Below, one piece after another: positions 1-9,560 of a DNA stretch of 64,000 nt. The DNA is from Terricaulis sp. (lineage in GTDB: Bacteria > Pseudomonadota > Alphaproteobacteria > Caulobacterales > Aquidulcibacteraceae). Numbering within the stretch: the first letter of the stretch is position 1; each line of letters opens with the position of its first letter. The notes under the pieces were generated by a model. The model was given only the letters and a program-made list of their open reading frames with translations. It made no database searches and was not told the DNA's origin. A program made the position numbers and the translations under genes. The stretch lies in contig JBEBHI010000001.1 in assembly GCA_040080935.1 (NCBI GenBank), positions 9,698 to 73,697 of the forward strand. The letters run 5' to 3'.

Positions 1-336
1 AGTGCCGAAGGCATCCGCTATTTGCCATTCTCACGCGAAACCGCGCCCTGGTCGGCAGTGCGCGAGGTGACGCTGACGCGCGGCTATTCGCACGCGCGCG
101 GGTCGAGCGATTATTATCGCTTCAAACTCATGGATAGCGTCAGTTTCGCCGTGCATGACCCGAAGCGCTTTCCGGCGCCGCCGGGCGGCGTGCGGGCGGA
201 CAAAATTGCCATCAGCATCATGCCGATTACAGTGGACGGTTCGCCAGAGGCGATCGTCGCAGCGATCCGCGCCTGCTGGCCGGGCGGCAATATCCGCGAA
301 GTCAACGCAGCACCGCCCGACGCCACGCTCCATTAA
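1..336 (+). CDS. hypothetical protein, 3' part (truncated by window start)
   Basis: Frame 1 is open from base 1 (SAEGIRYLPFSRETAPW...) to TAA at 334-336. No recognisable motif. Confidence 0.55.
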   Translation, partial: SAEGIRYLPFSRETAPWSAVREVTLTRGYSHARGSSDYYRFKLMDSVSFAVHDPKRFPAPPGGVRADKIAISIMPITVDGSPEAIVAAIRACWPGGNIREVNAAPPDATLH

Positions 337-367
337 CCTAGCGGCGCTCGCCGGGCGGCATGTGTTC

Positions 368-382
368 TGTTGCACCGCAACA
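368..382. promoter_or_regulatory. palindrome TGTTGC-ACC-GCAACA, PhaR-like operator upstream of ecm
   Basis: Perfect 6-3-6 inverted repeat 28 bp upstream of the ecm ATG. The TGC-N3-GCA core is the described alphaproteobacterial PhaR-binding core. Confidence 0.45.
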
Positions 383-410
383 AACCTCCGCGCATGATCG
401 GAATCGCGCG

Positions 411-2381
411 ATGACGAAGTCCTTCCAACATACCCCCGACCCGCCGTGGATCTTCCGGACCTATGCCGGACACTCGACACCAGCGGAGTCGAACAAGCTC
501 TACCGGGCAAATTTGGCGAAGGGTCAGACCGGACTTTCCGTCGCGTTCGATCTGCCGACGCAGACTGGCTACGACAGCGACCACATTCTGGCGCGCGGGG
601 AAGTCGGCAAAGTCGGCGTGCCCGTCGGGCATCTGGGCGACATGCGGGCGTTGTTCGACGGCATCCCGCTTGAGCAGATGAACACGTCGATGACGATCAA
701 CGCGCCGGCGGCGTGGTTGCTCGCGCTCTATGTGGCCCTGGCCGAGGAGCAAGGCGCCGATCCGAAGAAGCTGACCGGCACGACCCAAAACGACATCCTG
801 AAAGAATATCTCTCGCGCGGCACCTACATCTTCCCGCCTGCGCCGAGCTTGAAGCTCACCGCGGATACGATCGCTTGGAGCCTTCAGACGATTCCGAAAT
901 GGAATCCGATGAACGTGTGCTCGTATCATTTGCAGGAAGCCGGCGCGACGCCGGAGCAAGAGCTGGCGTTTGCGTTGGCCGCCGCTATCGCGGTGCTCGA
1001 CGAGGTGAAAGCGCGCGGCGAGATTGCGCCTGAGCGCTTCGCCGACGTCTTCAGCCGCATCTCGTTTTTTGTGAACGCCGGCATGCGCTTCGTGACCGAG
1101 CTCTCGAAGATGCGCGCCTTCGTTCTGCTTTGGGATGAATTGGGCAGCGAGCGTTACGGCGTCGAAGACGAAAAGGCGCGGCGCTTTCGCTACGGCGTGC
1201 AGGTCAACTCGCTTGGCCTTACGGAGCAACAGGCGGAAAACAACGTCTATCGCATCTTGCTAGAAACGCTTGCCGTCACCTTGTCGAAGGGCGCGCGCGC
1301 ACGCGCGGTGCAATTGCCAGCTTGGAACGAAGCGTTGGGCCTGCCGCGCCCCTGGGATCAGCAATGGTCGATCCGTATGCAGCAAGTGCTCGCCTACGAG
1401 ACGGACCTGCTGGAGTTCGAGGACATTTTCGAAGGCTCGAAGGTCATCGAAGCGAAAGTCAACGAACTCGCGGAAGGCGCACGCGCTGAGCTGGCGCACA
1501 TCGAGGCCAACGGCGGCGCGGCGCGCGCGTTGGAAAATCTGAAAGGCGCGCTGGTTGAGTCCAATCGCCGCCGCACTGAGGCGATCGAACGCGGTGACCT
1601 CAAGGTCATCGGCGTCAACGTCTTCACTGAGGGCGAGCCCTCGCCGCTCGAGGCTGGCGAGAAGAACATTCAGACGGTGGATTTTGCCGTCGAAGCGCAA
1701 CAGATCGCGCGCTTGAAAGGTTGGCGCGCGGCGCGTGACGATGCAGCAGCCCAAAGCGCACTCGCATCGCTCGAAGGCGACGCACGCGCAGACAAGAACA
1801 TCATGGTCGCCTCGCTCGCCGCGGCCAAAGCGGGCGTGACCACCGGCGAATGGGCCGGAGCGCTGCGCAAAGTGTACGGCGAATATCGAGGCCCGACGGG
1901 TGTCGCACTGGTGATCGAAACCGGCGGTGAAGATATCGAAGCCGTGAAGCGCGATGTCGCGGCGCTGAGCGAAAAACTCGGACGTCAGCTCACGTTCCTG
2001 GTCGGCAAGCCAGGCTTGGACGGGCACTCAAACGGCGCTGAGCAGATCGCGGCGCGCGCACGCGCAGTTGGCATGGACGCGATCTATGAGGGCATCCGCC
2101 TGACGCCCGCGGAGATCGTCGCGGCGGCGAAAGAGAAGAAGGCGCATGCGGTGGGCTTGTCGATCCTGTCCGGCTCGCACGTCGATCTGGTGCAGGAAGT
2201 CGTGCGCTTGATGCGCGCCGAAGGTCTGGGCGATGTGCCGCTGGTGGTTGGCGGCATCATCCCGCCAGCCGATGCGCTTGCGTTGAAGCAGATGGGCGTC
2301 GCCGGCGTTTACACGCCGAAGGATTTCAAGATCACCGGCATCATGAGCGACGTCGTGAAGCTTGTGGCGGCGCGGGCGTGA
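411..2381 (+). CDS. ecm: ethylmalonyl-CoA mutase (MeaA/Ecm), B12-dependent
   Basis: N-terminal PWIFRTYAGHS, GQTGLSVAFDLPTQTGYD, and a C-terminal B12-binding domain GKPGLDGHSNG. Start moved to ATG 411. Confidence 0.93.
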   Translation: MTKSFQHTPDPPWIFRTYAGHSTPAESNKLYRANLAKGQTGLSVAFDLPTQTGYDSDHILARGEVGKVGVPVGHLGDMRALFDGIPLEQMNTSMTINAPAAWLLALYVALAEEQGADPKKLTGTTQNDILKEYLSRGTYIFPPAPSLKLTADTIAWSLQTIPKWNPMNVCSYHLQEAGATPEQELAFALAAAIAVLDEVKARGEIAPERFADVFSRISFFVNAGMRFVTELSKMRAFVLLWDELGSERYGVEDEKARRFRYGVQVNSLGLTEQQAENNVYRILLETLAVTLSKGARARAVQLPAWNEALGLPRPWDQQWSIRMQQVLAYETDLLEFEDIFEGSKVIEAKVNELAEGARAELAHIEANGGAARALENLKGALVESNRRRTEAIERGDLKVIGVNVFTEGEPSPLEAGEKNIQTVDFAVEAQQIARLKGWRAARDDAAAQSALASLEGDARADKNIMVASLAAAKAGVTTGEWAGALRKVYGEYRGPTGVALVIETGGEDIEAVKRDVAALSEKLGRQLTFLVGKPGLDGHSNGAEQIAARARAVGMDAIYEGIRLTPAEIVAAAKEKKAHAVGLSILSGSHVDLVQEVVRLMRAEGLGDVPLVVGGIIPPADALALKQMGVAGVYTPKDFKITGIMSDVVKLVAARA

Positions 2382-3106
2382 ATGTCGAGGCGTTAGAGCG
2401 CGCTTGCTTAGAAGCATGGCCCGCTCGGACGCGCACACAACGTGACGGTTGGGAGTTCTGCGCTACCAGTGATCGCTCCGGCCGCGCTAACGCAGTTTGG
2501 CCACTAAGCTGGACGGGCGCCGATGTCCATCGCGCCATTGCCAATGCGCGCGCCTGGTGCGCGTGCCAAGCGATCACATCGACGTTCAAGCTGGCGGATG
2601 GCGCGACCGCGCCACCGGATTTGGCCGGCGCGCTCACCGCCGCGGGCTTCACGCCACGCACTGAAACTTTGGTGATGACGCGCGCAATCGAAATGGCGAC
2701 GTCGCCCTTTGGCGTCGAGCTCCATGACAAACCAAGCGATGACATTTGGTCGCCACTCAATGAGAGCGCGCCGGACGCGGCCGATGCAGCTGAGCGCCGT
2801 TACATCGTCGAACGCATCGCCGCGCCGCGCCGCTTCGCCCTTGTTCGCTCCAACGGCCTGCCGGCCGCCGTCGGGCTTGGCGTACTCAGCGGCGATCTCA
2901 TCGGCATCTATCTGATGCGCACAGCGCCATGGGCGCGGCGGAACGGATTTGCACGCGACATCGTGCAGACGCTGACGCACTGGGGCGCATCAGAGGGCGC
3001 GCAAACGGCCTATCTACAAGTCGAGCAAGCCAACGAAGTCGCCGTGGCGCTCTATGTGCACGAAGGCTTCAACGTCGCGTATCGCTATCGCTATTGGCGC
3101 CGTTAG
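2378..3106 (+). CDS. GNAT family N-acetyltransferase
   Basis: Acetyl-CoA motif PWARRNGFAR and AYLQVEQANEVAVALY. GTGA overlap with the ecm stop. Confidence 0.85.
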   Translation: MNVEALERACLEAWPARTRTQRDGWEFCATSDRSGRANAVWPLSWTGADVHRAIANARAWCACQAITSTFKLADGATAPPDLAGALTAAGFTPRTETLVMTRAIEMATSPFGVELHDKPSDDIWSPLNESAPDAADAAERRYIVERIAAPRRFALVRSNGLPAAVGLGVLSGDLIGIYLMRTAPWARRNGFARDIVQTLTHWGASEGAQTAYLQVEQANEVAVALYVHEGFNVAYRYRYWRR

Positions 3107-3906
3107 CGCTTGCGCGCTCGGGCGCTGCGCCCCGGCGCCGCCAATTCAATCCAAACCGGCGCGTGATCAGACGTCTTCTCCCAGCCGCGCACATGACGAT
3201 CGACGCCGCATGACTTCAACGCAGGCACGAGCGCGGGGTTGAGCAAAAGGTGATCGATCCGCAGGCCTGCGTCACGCGCGTACGCATTCCGGAAATAGTC
3301 CCAAAAGGTATAGACGCGTTCGCCAGGCCGAAGCTGACGGACAGAGTCAGTCCAACCTTGCTTGACCAGCTTGGCGTAAGCGGCCCTGATCTCGGGGCGG
3401 AAAAGCGCATTGTCGGCCCAACGCTCAGGCTTATAGACGTCGAGTTCTGTCGGCATCACGTTAAAGTCGCCGCAGAGCACCACCGGCGTCTCTCTCTTGA
3501 CCAAGCTGCGCGCATGCTTGGTCAAACGCTCGAACCAGCGAAGTTTGTAGTCGAATTTCGGACCAGGTGCGGGATTGCCGTTCGGCAAATAGAGACAGCC
3601 TACCGTTAGCCCCGCAATGTCGGCTTCGATGTAGCGGCTTTGAAGATCATCGGGATCGCCTGGCAGACCACGGCGGATTTCCACCGGCGCCGCGCCGCGC
3701 ACTAAAATCGCCACGCCATTCCAACTCTTCTGGCCGTGCCAGATTGCGCGATAACCCGCCTTTGCAAGATCGGTTTCAGGAAACTTCTCTTGCGGCGCTT
3801 TCAGCTCTTGGAGGCAGACAACGTGCGGGCGGCGTTCTTCGAGCCAACGCAACAACACCGATAGACGTCCCTTCACGCCGTTTACGTTGTAAGTGGCGAC
3901 GATCAT
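3103..3906 (-). CDS. xth: exodeoxyribonuclease III
   Basis: ATYNVNG, CLQELK, CGDFN, YTFWDY, GLRIDH and SDHAPV motifs. Start moved to ATG 3906. Confidence 0.95.
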   Translation of the reverse strand: MIVATYNVNGVKGRLSVLLRWLEERRPHVVCLQELKAPQEKFPETDLAKAGYRAIWHGQKSWNGVAILVRGAAPVEIRRGLPGDPDDLQSRYIEADIAGLTVGCLYLPNGNPAPGPKFDYKLRWFERLTKHARSLVKRETPVVLCGDFNVMPTELDVYKPERWADNALFRPEIRAAYAKLVKQGWTDSVRQLRPGERVYTFWDYFRNAYARDAGLRIDHLLLNPALVPALKSCGVDRHVRGWEKTSDHAPVWIELAAPGRSARARKR

Positions 3907-4553
3907 CTCAGCTTCGCGTGGATTAGCCGCGTCATCGCGCTGGCGCCAACCAGCGGCGCGAGGAATGGCACCAGCGAACACGCAAGCCCGACCATGAACA
4001 CGCTCAAGCCGTGGCGCTTACGAAACGCGACAGCGTCCTGGTAGCTCATGTGGCGCACGGCGGTGACGGTCGCGTATTCGCGGCCCATCAGAAAGCCGTT
4101 GAGCGTGTAGAACGTGACCGCATTCACGACAGGAATGAAATAGAGCGGAATCGCCAACAGATTGAGCGCCAACGCAGGGAGCGCGATACGCAGGCCGTTG
4201 AGCAAACCTTGTTGGATCGGCACCGCGCGCGCGGTCGGCGCGCCGATCTTCTTCTCAACGCGCTCGGCCGCGATATCGAATAGTGCGCCGCCCACAACCA
4301 TTGAAATCGCAGGCGACAGCGCGATCGCCAGCACAACCACGACGATCGTCGCCATGAATGAGCCGGCCATGGTGACGTAGCCGAACCAGCCATCGCTATC
4401 GGGGATCAGCGGCACCAGGTAACGCAAGCCCGCTTGCGCCGCGAGAACTGTGACCGTGGCGGCAACGACGAGGTTAATGAGCGCCAGCCATGTCAGGCGC
4501 CCGAAGATGACGTCCTTCAGGCCGCCCATGATTGCGGTCATTGCGCCCGTCAC
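3903..4553 (-). CDS. EI24/CysZ-like membrane protein
   Basis: Multiple TM helices with FDIAAERVE, IPVVN and NGFLMGREY motifs. Probable GTG start at 4553 with GGAG upstream. Confidence 0.75.
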   Translation of the reverse strand: MTGAMTAIMGGLKDVIFGRLTWLALINLVVAATVTVLAAQAGLRYLVPLIPDSDGWFGYVTMAGSFMATIVVVVLAIALSPAISMVVGGALFDIAAERVEKKIGAPTARAVPIQQGLLNGLRIALPALALNLLAIPLYFIPVVNAVTFYTLNGFLMGREYATVTAVRHMSYQDAVAFRKRHGLSVFMVGLACSLVPFLAPLVGASAMTRLIHAKLR

Positions 4554-4625
4554 CAGTGCCTCCGCCGCTTCCAGCTTGACGGCAGATAAATCGCTTCCCA
4601 CCCTCGCGCCAGCGGGAGTTGTGGA

Positions 4626-5372
4626 ATGAGCGATCTGCGGGAACGTATGCGCGGCGAAGCCTGGGAATGGCTGAAGACGATCGGCGCGGCGTTTCTCGCC
4701 TACGTCGCCTTCACCACGGTCGCGTTCGCACAGTATCGGATTCCGTCCGAAAGCATGGTGCCGCACATCGAAGTCGGCGACCGTGTGACGGTGTCGAAGT
4801 TCGCGTACGGCTATAGCCGCTTCTCGCTGCCGTTCGACATCGGCTTCTCGCTGCCGCGTTCGGAGCATCGGTTGTTCGAAGGCATACCGCGCCGCGGCGA
4901 CGTTGTCGTCTTCATCCACCCGATCTCAAACGAAGTGATGATCAAGCGCGCGATCGGCTTGCCGGGTGACGTGATTGAAATGCGCGACGGCACATTGCTC
5001 ATCGATGGACGCGCCGTTGAGACGACTGAGCCGCGTTTGCTGATGCGCCAAGTGCATCCGCGTGGCCGCGAATGGGCTCAACGCTACGAAGAAACTCTCC
5101 CCGGCGGCGTCACGCACGCGGTCCACAATCTCACCGACGGCGCGCCGCTGGACAATTTCGGGCCGTACACGGTTCCCGAAGGCCACATCTTCTTCATGGG
5201 CGATAATCGCGATAATTCGCTCGATAGCCGTTGGAGCGGCATGGGGCCGGTGCCGCTCGAAAATCTCATTGGCCGCGCTGAGATCGTTTACGCCACAGCC
5301 ATTTCATCGTGCGGGCGCGACCACACGGTTGCGTGCCCGATGGATCGCTGGATGCGGCCGCTGCACCACTAA
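4626..5372 (+). CDS. lepB: signal peptidase I
   Basis: IPSESMVP (catalytic Ser), IKRAIGLPGD (catalytic Lys), MGDNRDNSLDSR. Confidence 0.93.
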   Translation: MSDLRERMRGEAWEWLKTIGAAFLAYVAFTTVAFAQYRIPSESMVPHIEVGDRVTVSKFAYGYSRFSLPFDIGFSLPRSEHRLFEGIPRRGDVVVFIHPISNEVMIKRAIGLPGDVIEMRDGTLLIDGRAVETTEPRLLMRQVHPRGREWAQRYEETLPGGVTHAVHNLTDGAPLDNFGPYTVPEGHIFFMGDNRDNSLDSRWSGMGPVPLENLIGRAEIVYATAISSCGRDHTVACPMDRWMRPLHH

Positions 5373-6253
5373 GCGCGGCTGCGCTGAACCACGTAAATGC
5401 CAGCAAGAACGAGCGCTGCGCCGAAGAGTGCAACAGCGCTTAGCGCTTCGCCGAACAACATCCATGAGAGCACCGCCGCGACGACGGGCTGCATCCAAAG
5501 CAGCACTGTGGAGATTACGATCGGCAAGCGGCCGACACCGTAAGCGATGAGGCCCTGCCCGCCGATCTGCACGAACAATCCAAGCCCGATCACCAACGCC
5601 CAGCCAACCCAAGTTTGCGGCAACATCACTTCGCCGAGTGAGAAGCTCAGCACAGCCGCGACACCAGCTGCAGCAAGCGTCGCCCAGAACATCACTGCGC
5701 CAACGCTGACGTTCTTCCCAATCGAGCGGACGATCATCAGATAGCCCGCATAGAAAAGCGCCCCGAGCAGAGAGATCGAGTCGCCGATCCAGCCGTGCGC
5801 CGAGGCTTCTGCCGGACCGCTCCCAGACTGAGCCCGCGCCAAGGCTAAGGTGACGGCGCCCACAAGCGACACGGCCACGCCTGTCAGGATCGGGGCGCTA
5901 AGACGCTCCTTGAGCCAGAGCCAGCCGAAAAGCGCCGCGAAAACAGGGGTTAGGTTCACCAGCAGTGTGGCGTTGGTGATCGTGGTTAGATTGAGCGCCA
6001 TCGCCCAGAGCGAGATCTCCAGGCCGAACAGGAGGCCCCCGGCCACTAGCCATAGCGTCTGCCTGCCGGATGGAATCGGGCGGCTGTTGGCGGCCCAGAC
6101 GGCCAGAATCGGCAGCGCGAATAAGAATCGCCACAGGTTGGTGGCGTGTGGACCGACCTCAGAGAGCCGAATTGCGATCGGCGCGAGCCCGATTAGGGAC
6201 GCCCCCGTTAACGCCGCGAGCGCCGCTTTTCCCTGCCCCGAATGATCAGCCAT
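5369..6253 (-). CDS. DMT/EamA family transporter
   Basis: About 10 TM helices in two EamA repeats (NLTPVFAALFGWLWLKERLS; QPVVAAVLSWMLFGEALS). Confidence 0.9.
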   Translation of the reverse strand: MADHSGQGKAALAALTGASLIGLAPIAIRLSEVGPHATNLWRFLFALPILAVWAANSRPIPSGRQTLWLVAGGLLFGLEISLWAMALNLTTITNATLLVNLTPVFAALFGWLWLKERLSAPILTGVAVSLVGAVTLALARAQSGSGPAEASAHGWIGDSISLLGALFYAGYLMIVRSIGKNVSVGAVMFWATLAAAGVAAVLSFSLGEVMLPQTWVGWALVIGLGLFVQIGGQGLIAYGVGRLPIVISTVLLWMQPVVAAVLSWMLFGEALSAVALFGAALVLAGIYVVQRSRA

Positions 6254-6424
6254 TTGCCTGAAAAACGCCGGATTTTGTTAAGGTGCAAGGCCCGATTTTG
6301 CGGCAACATAACACCGCCATTGCGTTAACCTTTGAACCTGGTTCGGACCCTGTGTTCACAGATTCGACACGCGAAAATTCGCTGCTGAGGCCATCCCCCA
6401 TTGACCCTGCATTAACGGGTGGCA

Positions 6425-6475
6425 TCACTATATATAGCGGTACGGTTCGGCCGGGCACGCAACCAAATGTGGTTT
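6425..6475 (+). promoter_or_regulatory. tandem NrdR-box-like sites upstream of nrdA
   Basis: TCACTATATATAGCGG (6425-6440) and a weaker CAACCAAATGTGGTTT (6460-6475) resemble the NrdR consensus acaCwAtATaTwGtgt. TTGACC at 6401 is a plausible -35. Confidence 0.7.
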
Positions 6476-6525
6476 GGGCCAGAGCCGAGTCGAGTTAACA
6501 CAGACCTAAATTCGGGGGCAGGAAT

Positions 6526-8400
6526 ATGCAGGCACGAGCGGAAAAAGCGGGGGTCCACCGCATGGGTGACGTCCATCGTGGCAAGCCCAAGCCCCTGCGT
6601 CCGCTCAAGGTCGTTGAGAAGGTCGTTACGGATCCGAGCCGCGATGCGCTGCTGACGGAATTCGGCAAGACGACTCTCAACGATCGCTACCTGCTCACCG
6701 GCGAGAGTTATCAGGACATGTTCGCGCGCGTTGCGACGGCGTTCGCCGACGACATCGGCCACGCGCAACGCATCTACGATTACATCTCCAAGCTCTGGTT
6801 CATGCCGGCGACGCCTGTCCTTTCTAATGGCGGCGCTGAACGTGGCCTTCCGATCTCGTGCTTCTTGAACGCTGTCGGCGATTCACTCGACGGCATTATG
6901 GACACGTGGAACGAGAACGTGTGGCTCGCGTCGAACGGCGGCGGCATCGGCACCTACTGGGGCGGGGTTCGTTCCATCGGCGAAAAGGTCGGTCAGAACG
7001 GCCAGACGTCGGGCATCATTCCGTTCATCCGCGTGATGGACTCGCTAACGCTCGCGATTTCGCAAGGTTCGCTGCGCCGCGGTTCAGCTGCTGTGTATCT
7101 TGATGTGCACCACCCGGAAATCGAGGAATTCCTCGAAATCCGCAAGCCGGCCGGCGACTTCAATCGCAAGAGCTTGAACCTGCACCACGGGCTCAACCTC
7201 ACCGACGAATTCATGATCGCTGTGCGTGACGACCTTCCGTTCGCGCTGCGCTCGCCGAAGGATCAAGCGCCGCTGAAGCATGTGAATGCGCGCAAGATCT
7301 GGCAGAAGATTCTCGAGCTGCGCCTGCAAACCGGCGAGCCCTACATCATCTTCTCCGACACCGTGAACAAGGCGATGCCGAGCCACCAAAAGAAGCTCGG
7401 CCTCAAGGTTCGCCAATCGAACCTCTGCTCGGAAATCATGCTGCACACCGGCATGGATCATAATGGCCGCGAGCGTACGGCCGTGTGCTGCCTCTCATCA
7501 CTGAACGCCGAGACGTTCCTTGAGTGGCAAAACGAGCCGGAATTCATGGACGATGTGTTCCGCTTCCTCGACAACGTGCTCGAAGACTTCATCGCGCGCG
7601 CGCCGCCGGAAATGGAACGCGCCGTTTACGCCGCCATGCGCGAACGCTCGGTTGGTTTGGGCCTCATGGGCTTCCACTCCTTCCTGCAGAAGCAAGGCGT
7701 GTCGATGGAATCGGCGATGGCGAAGGTCTGGAACAACAAGATCTTCAAGCACATCCGCCGGGGCGCCGACGCTGCCTCGGTGAAGCTCGCACAAGAGCGC
7801 GGCGCTTGCCCGGATGCGGCCGAGAACAATGTGATGGCGCGCTTCTCACACAAGCTCGCGATCGCGCCGACCGCTTCGATCTCGATCATCTGCGGCGGCA
7901 CGTCGGCCGGCATCGAGCCGATCCCGGCAAACATCTACACGCACAAGACGCTCTCAGGCTCGTTCGCGGTGAAGAACCCCTATCTCGAGCAATTGCTTGA
8001 AGAGAAAGGCAAGAACACTGAGAGCGTGTGGTCGTCGATCCTAAAGAACGAAGGCTCGGTGCAGCACCTCGAATTCTTGAGCGACGACGAGAAGAACATC
8101 TTCAAGACCGCGTTCGAAATCGATCAACGCTGGATCATCGAACTTGCCGCCGATCGCACGCCGCTGATCTGCCAGGCGCAGTCACTCAACATCTTCATCC
8201 CAGGCGATGTCGATAAGTGGGACCTGCACATGCTCCACTGGATGGCATGGGAGCGCGGCGTGAAGAGCTTGTACTATTGCCGCTCGAAGTCAGTGCAACG
8301 CGCAGGCTTCGCCGGCGAAGACAACAAGGCCGACATCGACTCGTCGACGGATCTGACGATCGAAAAGACCGACTACGAAGAATGCCTCGCGTGCCAATAG
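6526..8400 (+). CDS. nrdA: class I ribonucleoside-diphosphate reductase alpha subunit (no ATP cone)
   Basis: PISCFL, SNLCSEI (radical Cys), APTASIS, the SLYY tyrosine pair and C-terminal ECLACQ. Confidence 0.93.
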   Translation: MQARAEKAGVHRMGDVHRGKPKPLRPLKVVEKVVTDPSRDALLTEFGKTTLNDRYLLTGESYQDMFARVATAFADDIGHAQRIYDYISKLWFMPATPVLSNGGAERGLPISCFLNAVGDSLDGIMDTWNENVWLASNGGGIGTYWGGVRSIGEKVGQNGQTSGIIPFIRVMDSLTLAISQGSLRRGSAAVYLDVHHPEIEEFLEIRKPAGDFNRKSLNLHHGLNLTDEFMIAVRDDLPFALRSPKDQAPLKHVNARKIWQKILELRLQTGEPYIIFSDTVNKAMPSHQKKLGLKVRQSNLCSEIMLHTGMDHNGRERTAVCCLSSLNAETFLEWQNEPEFMDDVFRFLDNVLEDFIARAPPEMERAVYAAMRERSVGLGLMGFHSFLQKQGVSMESAMAKVWNNKIFKHIRRGADAASVKLAQERGACPDAAENNVMARFSHKLAIAPTASISIICGGTSAGIEPIPANIYTHKTLSGSFAVKNPYLEQLLEEKGKNTESVWSSILKNEGSVQHLEFLSDDEKNIFKTAFEIDQRWIIELAADRTPLICQAQSLNIFIPGDVDKWDLHMLHWMAWERGVKSLYYCRSKSVQRAGFAGEDNKADIDSSTDLTIEKTDYEECLACQ

Positions 8401-8430
8401 CACGCTGAGTTTGGTTGGATTGGAATGACT

Positions 8431-8460
8431 GGGCGCTGAGAGCAATCTCAGCGCCCTTCT
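8431..8460. terminator. intrinsic terminator between convergent genes
   Basis: GGGCGCTGAGA-GCAA-TCTCAGCGCCC, an 11-bp stem followed by TTCT. Confidence 0.75.
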
Positions 8461-8461
8461 C

Positions 8462-9304
8462 TTATGGCTCGTAGCGCGCCCGGAGCACTGTGCGCGCTGA
8501 TGGCGGCTCGACGCCACGGTGTCCGATCTGCCCTGGCGCTTCCGGCACACTGTCCTCCAAGCCAACGGCCTCTGCCTGCGCTGAGGTGAGGCTGACGCCG
8601 CTGCTCATTTCCGTCGTGGCGCGCTCTGCGTGCAGAGAGGACGCTGTGTTGGCGGCCAAGCTCGCGATAAAGGCGCCGCCGCCCAGCAAGGCGATGACCG
8701 CAAACGCCAACGCGGCGTGCTCGCGCGCGCGTGGCTTGCCGTTGATGCGGCGAAAATCACGGCGCGGCGTGGCGGCGCCAAGCTTAGGCTCCGTCGGGAG
8801 TTCATCGGGCACCGGGCGCAGCATCTGGGTTGGGATTGGCGCTTCCCACGCTTGGCGCGCCGTGTTTGTGCGCCCCGAGGCGTGGCTGGCGATCATGAGC
8901 GGCGCTTCGCTGAATTCCGCATCTTCGTAAAAGGGCCGAAACGGCAGCACGATCACGTCCGCTTCGATCGGGCGCACAAGCGTATCTGCAGCATCGAACA
9001 ACGGCGCCAACGCCGCTTCATCCACGCCATCCCACGCCGTTAGATCAACGACAGGCGCCTCAAAGACAGTTTCGCGGCGCGGTGGTGCAAACAATCCAGC
9101 GACGATCGCGTGTCCCGAACGCAACGCGCGCTCGGCCGCCACGCGAAATGCAGATGAGCGCAACGCACGGCGCGACCAAAGCACGACGCGAAGCTCTGCG
9201 TTGTCAGTGCCCGTGATCGAATAGCCGGCAGCGTCGAACGCCTCGGCGAGCGCTTCGGCTTCGCTTGCGTCTTCGCGAACAAAAATGAAGACCACGCCGG
9301 TCAT
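8462..9304 (-). CDS. degenerate TIR-like domain protein with C-terminal TM helix
   Basis: VVFIFVREDASEAEALAEAF, VVLWS and VDLTAWDG align by eye with bacterial TIR_2 domains. Single hydrophobic helix AALAFAVIALLGGGAFIASL. ATG at 9304. Confidence 0.6.
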   Translation of the reverse strand: MTGVVFIFVREDASEAEALAEAFDAAGYSITGTDNAELRVVLWSRRALRSSAFRVAAERALRSGHAIVAGLFAPPRRETVFEAPVVDLTAWDGVDEAALAPLFDAADTLVRPIEADVIVLPFRPFYEDAEFSEAPLMIASHASGRTNTARQAWEAPIPTQMLRPVPDELPTEPKLGAATPRRDFRRINGKPRAREHAALAFAVIALLGGGAFIASLAANTASSLHAERATTEMSSGVSLTSAQAEAVGLEDSVPEAPGQIGHRGVEPPSARTVLRARYEP

Positions 9305-9560
9305 GAAGCGTCGCCCTTCCCAGATGCGGTGAACTCGCGGCGCCACATTAGGCGCCGGTTGCGACGGTAATAACCATGCTAAGCACAGGTCTGTTCCTCG
9401 CCTCAGGTGCGAATTCTGCAAGCGGTTGGCGCGGGCGCCTCAAGACTTTGTGTTCTGGCCGCCTTTTACGCGTTACCCGCGTCATTGCGCGCATCTATTC
9501 GGCCTCCCACGTTCATCCTGTGCTCAGGAACACATCGACTGAGCACGGTGTTTAGGAGAC

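Noticed and set aside
333-1229. Long antisense or alternate-frame ORFs (also 11467-12480, 39438-40394, 47950-48888, 52073-52681 and others)
   Set aside because: These are shadow ORFs of well-supported genes, expected in high-GC DNA, and they carry no motifs.
6526-8400. Class II (B12-dependent) nrdJ, suggested by nearby B12 genes and the missing nrdB
   Set aside because: The SLYY tyrosine pair and the overall motifs indicate a class I alpha subunit.
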